From contig OZ365114.1 in the NCBI GenBank assembly GCA_977030845.1, positions 22,382,001 to 22,446,000 of the forward strand: DNA of 64,000 bases, in the 5' to 3' direction. Below the pieces are notes generated by a model. It was not told the DNA's origin. It ran no database searches and saw only the letters and a program-made list of their open reading frames with translations. Positions within the stretch are counted from its first letter, which is position 1. Every line of letters begins with the position of its first letter. Position numbers and translations under genes: made by a program. The DNA is from Fimbriosthenelais zetlandica (lineage: Eukaryota). Shown here one piece after another: positions 58,786 through 64,000 of the stretch.

Positions 58786-61700
58786 GGCTTTCACAGTGGA
58801 AGAGACGTTGCTTTGTTTCTGCTGTGTGAATACATAATGAACTTGGCTTCTTCCCATCAAATCATATGTGTAAATTTTCTGACCATTACTGGCATGTGTC
58901 ATAGTCCAAGCGCAGCTTCACCAGCTGGAGGCTCGTCCTACGGAGACGTGGGCCTCCCCCGACTGCCAGCTGGAAAGGAGAACATGATGTCATGATGATT
59001 AGTCTAATCATCGAAAAAAAAAACAATTCAAAATGTGCTATATTACACTTCCAGAAAAACAACATGAAATTGACATAAGATTCAATGCTGGTAATAACAA
59101 AGCTTACTTAAAAGATAATTATTCACTGAAATATGAAAAAAAAATCTGTGAAAATCAGGGAATGCGAGTCACAGAGATGTACACGTATTGACAGAATGAC
59201 TAAATGAGTGAGAATCATGGCAACAACACATTGACTTGTGTGCCTACTTTACTGCTACTACTTACTACAATAATAGTACCATACCTATTTTGTGTTTAGA
59301 CAATTTCACAAGAACGGTAGATCCCAAGGTTGATAATAGTTGATAAACTATTTATAATCCACCATGATACTTAGGTCTATTCATACTAACAGCTGTCAAA
59401 CTCGGACAATTGTCTGTCAGTCTCAATGTTTTGAAATGCATGACAGACTTGCCCAGGCACGTTGCTGAAACTGGGTCCTAATTAGTGATTTTTGTGAGTC
59501 ATTCAATAACACAGGGGTTAACATCTACTTCTCTGATACCAGACCATATTCATTAGACTAGGGATGAGTAAAATAAGTACTTACATCACAAAAAAGCATC
59601 ATTTTCGCTTGAAATTTGGATCTTTATCGACAAGTCGTGAAGTTGCTCCCTGTTCAAAATTCTTAACTGGGTCGAACGGACTATTTGACCTACTTATGAT
59701 GTATTCTTCCGCCAACACAGAAACTGACGATAACGAGTGAAACCATCTTTAGTACTTTCTAAAAATTATCAAAAGACTGATGGAAAGGCAAATTCAAAGT
59801 CTATAGCTTTGATTAGGCTGTATTAAATCTTATATTTGTTGAGTACTAAGTTTTCAGTCCTGGCGGTAGTATATCCTCCCTAGTCACGAGGTGTTGCAGG
59901 GCACTTCCGCCGAGGAATTCATATCGTTGGAGGCAAGTAGCATATATTTGTTGACGTTTTGAGTGTAAGGTTATCATTAAATGACATATATAATAGTATT
60001 GATTTGTTGGTTTGAAGCTGTAGATTATGGAGTTCAATCAGGAAGGAAGTAATTACCAAGATCGGCATTGTATTTCCCTTGTACATGAAGCACATTTTCC
60101 CATCATCTTGGCCACAACTCGCCTATAGTCTATCCAGTGACACGCCCACCCCTCGTTAGGCACATGTTTTGTGGAGGTATATATCTATTCCAATGACACT
60201 GTTGATTTATTATTTCAGACATGGCTGTCTACAATCTGCATATTTTTGATCGGAATGGTACCTGTTTGTTCTATATGGAATGGAACAGAAAGAAAACCGC
60301 TGGAATTTCGAGAGAGGAGGTGAGAACAATAGGGGCCTTTATCATTTATGTTATTTTGTTATTAGTTAATGGAATGGCGACTACATGTATTATGTAGAAA
60401 GGAATTTTAATATTCACAGTTAAGCTCACAGCTAGTTTTACCTGTTTTCCATTATTTAAAAATCGAAGGTAGAACCATGTTCTTTCTCGTACAGGAATTC
60501 AAATTGATGTATGGAATGATATTCTCCCTGAAGTCATTTGTGAGCCGGATGTCTCCAACTGATCAGTATCCTTTTATGCTTTAACGCTGTACCAGTAATT
60601 CTATAGTAGGTACCAATGATTTGTCTGAATTCCATGCTACTATATGGTATTCATAAATTAAGGGCGCTCAGTCGAATTCAAAATAAATTTACCCTTAACT
60701 ACAAACCAGAAAAGAGGGATTTCTCAACTTCAAAACGAGCAAATACATGTTGCATTTCTACGAAACTCCAAGCGGTTTGAAGTTCATAATGAACACAGAT
60801 TTAACGGTTGATAATATGCGAGACACGTTACATGCTATTTATAGCCAAGTAAGTATAATATATTTATGAACTTAAATAAAATTAAAAAAAGTTCTATAGA
60901 CTATACGGTAGGTTTGTTCATATTTTGCAATTTATTGCATTGAAATTACACCGGTGTCCGTTACATATCATTGATTTCATTACAGTTGTTTGTGGAATAC
61001 GTGGTAAAAAACCCGATGTGCCGATTGGATGAACCAGTGACCAGTGAACTTTTCAAAAATAAAGTAGACGAGTACGTCCGGGGCCTACCCATCTTCACAA
61101 CTAAGGTCTCGTGATTCCATGGAGTAGGCAAATAATTATTACATGTAGTTTTATTTTATTGTATGTTCTAAGCACCATTTAAGTACGCAGTATCTATACA
61201 CCTGGTAGTACAATGTACAATTTAATTACTAGTATGAATATGGCTAGAAAAATATCCTGGGTTGTTTCCAGTTGATCATGATAATGTGTTTTTATCTACA
61301 TAGATATAAATGTGTAAAGCAGTAGAGAACGATAAATACGATTATAAAAGAGACGAACTTGGGATAATCTCACGGAAATAAAAATGTGCTCATACACGCT
61401 ACACATCACTTCAATTGACTCAATACGAAAATACAAAAACAGGGTCCTGGGACATACAAATCTAATGTTCTCTTAAAGGAATGTAAGGAAGCAATTGTGG
61501 AGGGAAAATGCCCTAAATTTGCACTATAAAGGTGCCTTAGCTAACAGAAATTATAATGTTACTACATAATTTAATGAAATTTCAATTCGGCTGATTCTAA
61601 TAAGCGAGCATATAAAATCTAAAGCAAATGTACAGTTCCTAAGACACCTTTGAAAGCATCCATGAAAAGTGGAATTTCCCTAAATGAACCTGAAGAGACT

Positions 61701-61833
61701 CAGAAATTCCAATTCGGTGGTTGACGTTGGTTTTTGTGCATGAGAAATATATGTTGACATACATGTAATCTCATCCTCGACTATATAAAGTCACACAGTG
61801 AAATAAAACACAGATCATAGGCTTGACAGAAGT

Positions 61834-64000
61834 TTAAAGCCAGACGTGGAGTACTCCCGTCTGGAAGAGCAACATGAGCGTCACCCCAACAAAGACCACG
61901 ATGCCACAGATGGTGGACGACCTGACCGGTATGAGAAACATCTTGGCCTGTAAATAAATAAAATATAATAAAATTCACATTAGCCGGGAGAAGATACTTC
62001 AAGGAGAATTTACCCAAGGAATGAAACGGTTTGGGGGTAAAATAAATTCCCATGATCATGCTTACCTTCAACTTTAGAGTAGAGGTGAAAAGGAGGAATG
62101 AATCGAGGTCCTCTGAAGTTTCATCCTGGAAGCCGAAGGGCCGTGTCCGTATCTCATGTCCAACCTTCCTCAATGTGTTACATGCTGCTGTTAACCTAGC
62201 CGCCTTCAATATACAATGTTGATCAATGTTATGATTCATTGAATTATAATACATGTATAATCAAGATCAACTCTGACCTGGAGATAACATTGTAGAGGGC
62301 CTAGATACTTAGAACTGTCAAGAAAAGTAAGATGAAGAAGTGACTCTAATTATAGAGAATTAATATATAAAATGTTTATAATAAAAGTACTCACCAAAAC
62401 TATAGGAAAAGCCATGATTACGAACCACAAAAATATGGAGGCGCCAGTGGAGATATACATGAGTAAGGTGAAGTTATTATTGTCCTTATCCACAAAGGCC
62501 AGGAACCCTACATCAATGAGTACACATTAAAGAATATATTATTTTATAGTATTTTCCGGTAGTCATTTATATAGAATGTGAACAACTATATAGGGATGAT
62601 TAGACATACCTGTGATGGCCATTGTACCAAAGTTGATCATAACTATAGACATAGCAGTGCCTGGGTGGCGGTTGAGGAAACGCAGGTGTTCCTGCATAGT
62701 AGCTATATCCTATAAAGAGACATTTTGAATTTCATTTAGCAACATTCTGCAATCAATTTAGTAGACTAAAACACAACAGGATAAATACTCCCAAACGTTT
62801 TTCTCACATTCATGACTGTTTCAAGTGTCTGAGTGTGTTCCCGGATCTTCTCCATCAGACCATTAATATATGAGAGGAGGAGGACACATTGGACGCTGTA
62901 GTTTAGGACGACTGATACGTAGACCACATCCAAGACAGCAAAGCTAAATCCCATGAGAATCATGAGCATAATGCGTCCAAATGTTGACCTGGACGAGAAA
63001 AAAATAACTGAATTGATCAGACGTTTTATTATCTAAAATCTAAATAATTTTTTAAAAATATAAATAAGGTGTGACTAATTTACTTTCAGAATTTATGGTC
63101 TATAGTCTTATGGTAAATCATCATTGAAATCATTACTCACGATGGTTCTATCCAGGAGAAGTAAAGCTTGTCAGTAACATACTCAGCGACTAGATGAAGT
63201 ATAAGAGTGGTCTGACTTAAGATCACCCATATAATGGACGCCCAGAACAAAGATCTAAAAAAGAGGAAAATGAAAAAAACTGATCAATTTTAGTTTACAA
63301 ATGAAGTGTACTATAAAGACAAAGGACTTTTATGATCACTATTGCAACCTGCCTTAACCGACGGATGAGCCGTCCCTGTGATAGGAACCCGCCTTGTGTG
63401 GGAGAGGTTTGCAAAAATACCTGGAAAAAAAGTCTGAAAATAATTTATTTATAAAAACATATAATGATATTTAATCCATATAAAAATTATAATTTACTAG
63501 AGTTGTGAGTTAAAATGATTAATAGGGCTACTCACTCTCTCCATAAGAGTGGGCAGCTGTTCACTCTTGAGGACTCGGAACACCACAAAGGAATAGATGT
63601 AAGCCACTGAGTGGAGGATATCTGGGAGGAAGTATTGACTGATGGCATACCTCTGACACTCCCTAATCTTACTGGAAGGTGGTGGACTGGGAGGCACTGT
63701 GGAACTGTTACCATCTAAATCTGCCCATGGGAAGGTCTACAATTATAACAGTTTAAATATTAATACATGTACTCAGGAAACAAACTGTACTTACAAATAT
63801 TTATTTTCTATTTAAATAATACAAAATACATTTGTTTTTACAATAATTTGAGAACAAAGTTAGGAACGAAGTCTATGATACATGTACACATAAGTATGTT
63901 AAATGTGTCATCAATCCATTTTTCCCTACCTCATCAGGCCCATCCCCAGCCTGGTCCCGCCTGAAGCAGGCTGCGAACTGTATTACATAACCAAAGAGGA
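61834..64000 (-). CDS. Multi-pass membrane protein resembling gustatory-receptor-like (GRL/7TMIC) proteins; 5' end lies beyond the window
   Basis: Phase-consistent exons: >64000-63930, 63736-63536, 63420-63353 (GC donor), 63254-63141, 62988-62808, 62709-62610, 62507-62395, 62203-62066, 61947-61834. There are several hydrophobic helices, and the C-terminus AKMFLIPVRSSTICGIVVFVGVTLMLLFQTG resembles the TM7 region (T-Y-h-h-h-h-h-Q-F-like) of that superfamily. The gene model is well supported; the family assignment is less certain. Confidence 0.75.

Noticed and set aside
1-64000. CRISPR arrays, rRNA, intact transposases or prokaryotic operons
   Set aside because: No regularly spaced repeat-spacer array, rRNA signature or long transposase ORF was seen; gene structure is spliceosomal throughout.

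Overview
Eukaryotic, intron-rich, AT-rich animal DNA, most likely from a marine invertebrate bilaterian (the taxon is an inference). There are no prokaryotic features. Exon chains were assembled by hand from splice signals and checked for reading-frame phase. From left to right: (1) a repeat-rich ~11 kb containing a decayed non-LTR retrotransposon, an orphan FAF2/UBX-like last exon, and a ~2.4 kb non-autonomous foldback element whose long inverted arms each carry an outward-facing tRNA-like cassette; (2) an intronless DUF229 (alkaline-phosphatase-superfamily) gene on the minus strand; (3) MIPEP (18 coding exons, minus) head-to-head with FBXO45/Fsn (3 exons, plus); (4) a small spliced, polyadenylated minus-strand unit with only tiny ORFs; (5) a 7-coding-exon gene for a 333-aa RGG/RDY/SY-rich protein with no folded domain; (6) a 22-exon centrobin-like gene (~1877 aa, minus) whose 11.4 kb intron hosts an antisense intronless B-box/coiled-coil/NHL gene, a SINE and a MITE; (7) the 3' part of a multi-pass membrane gene resembling gustatory-receptor-like (7TMIC) proteins, which needs a GC-AG intron. 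Non-coding DNA is visibly rich in TA-N4-TA palindromic octamers. All identifications rest on motif recognition from memory; no database search was run.
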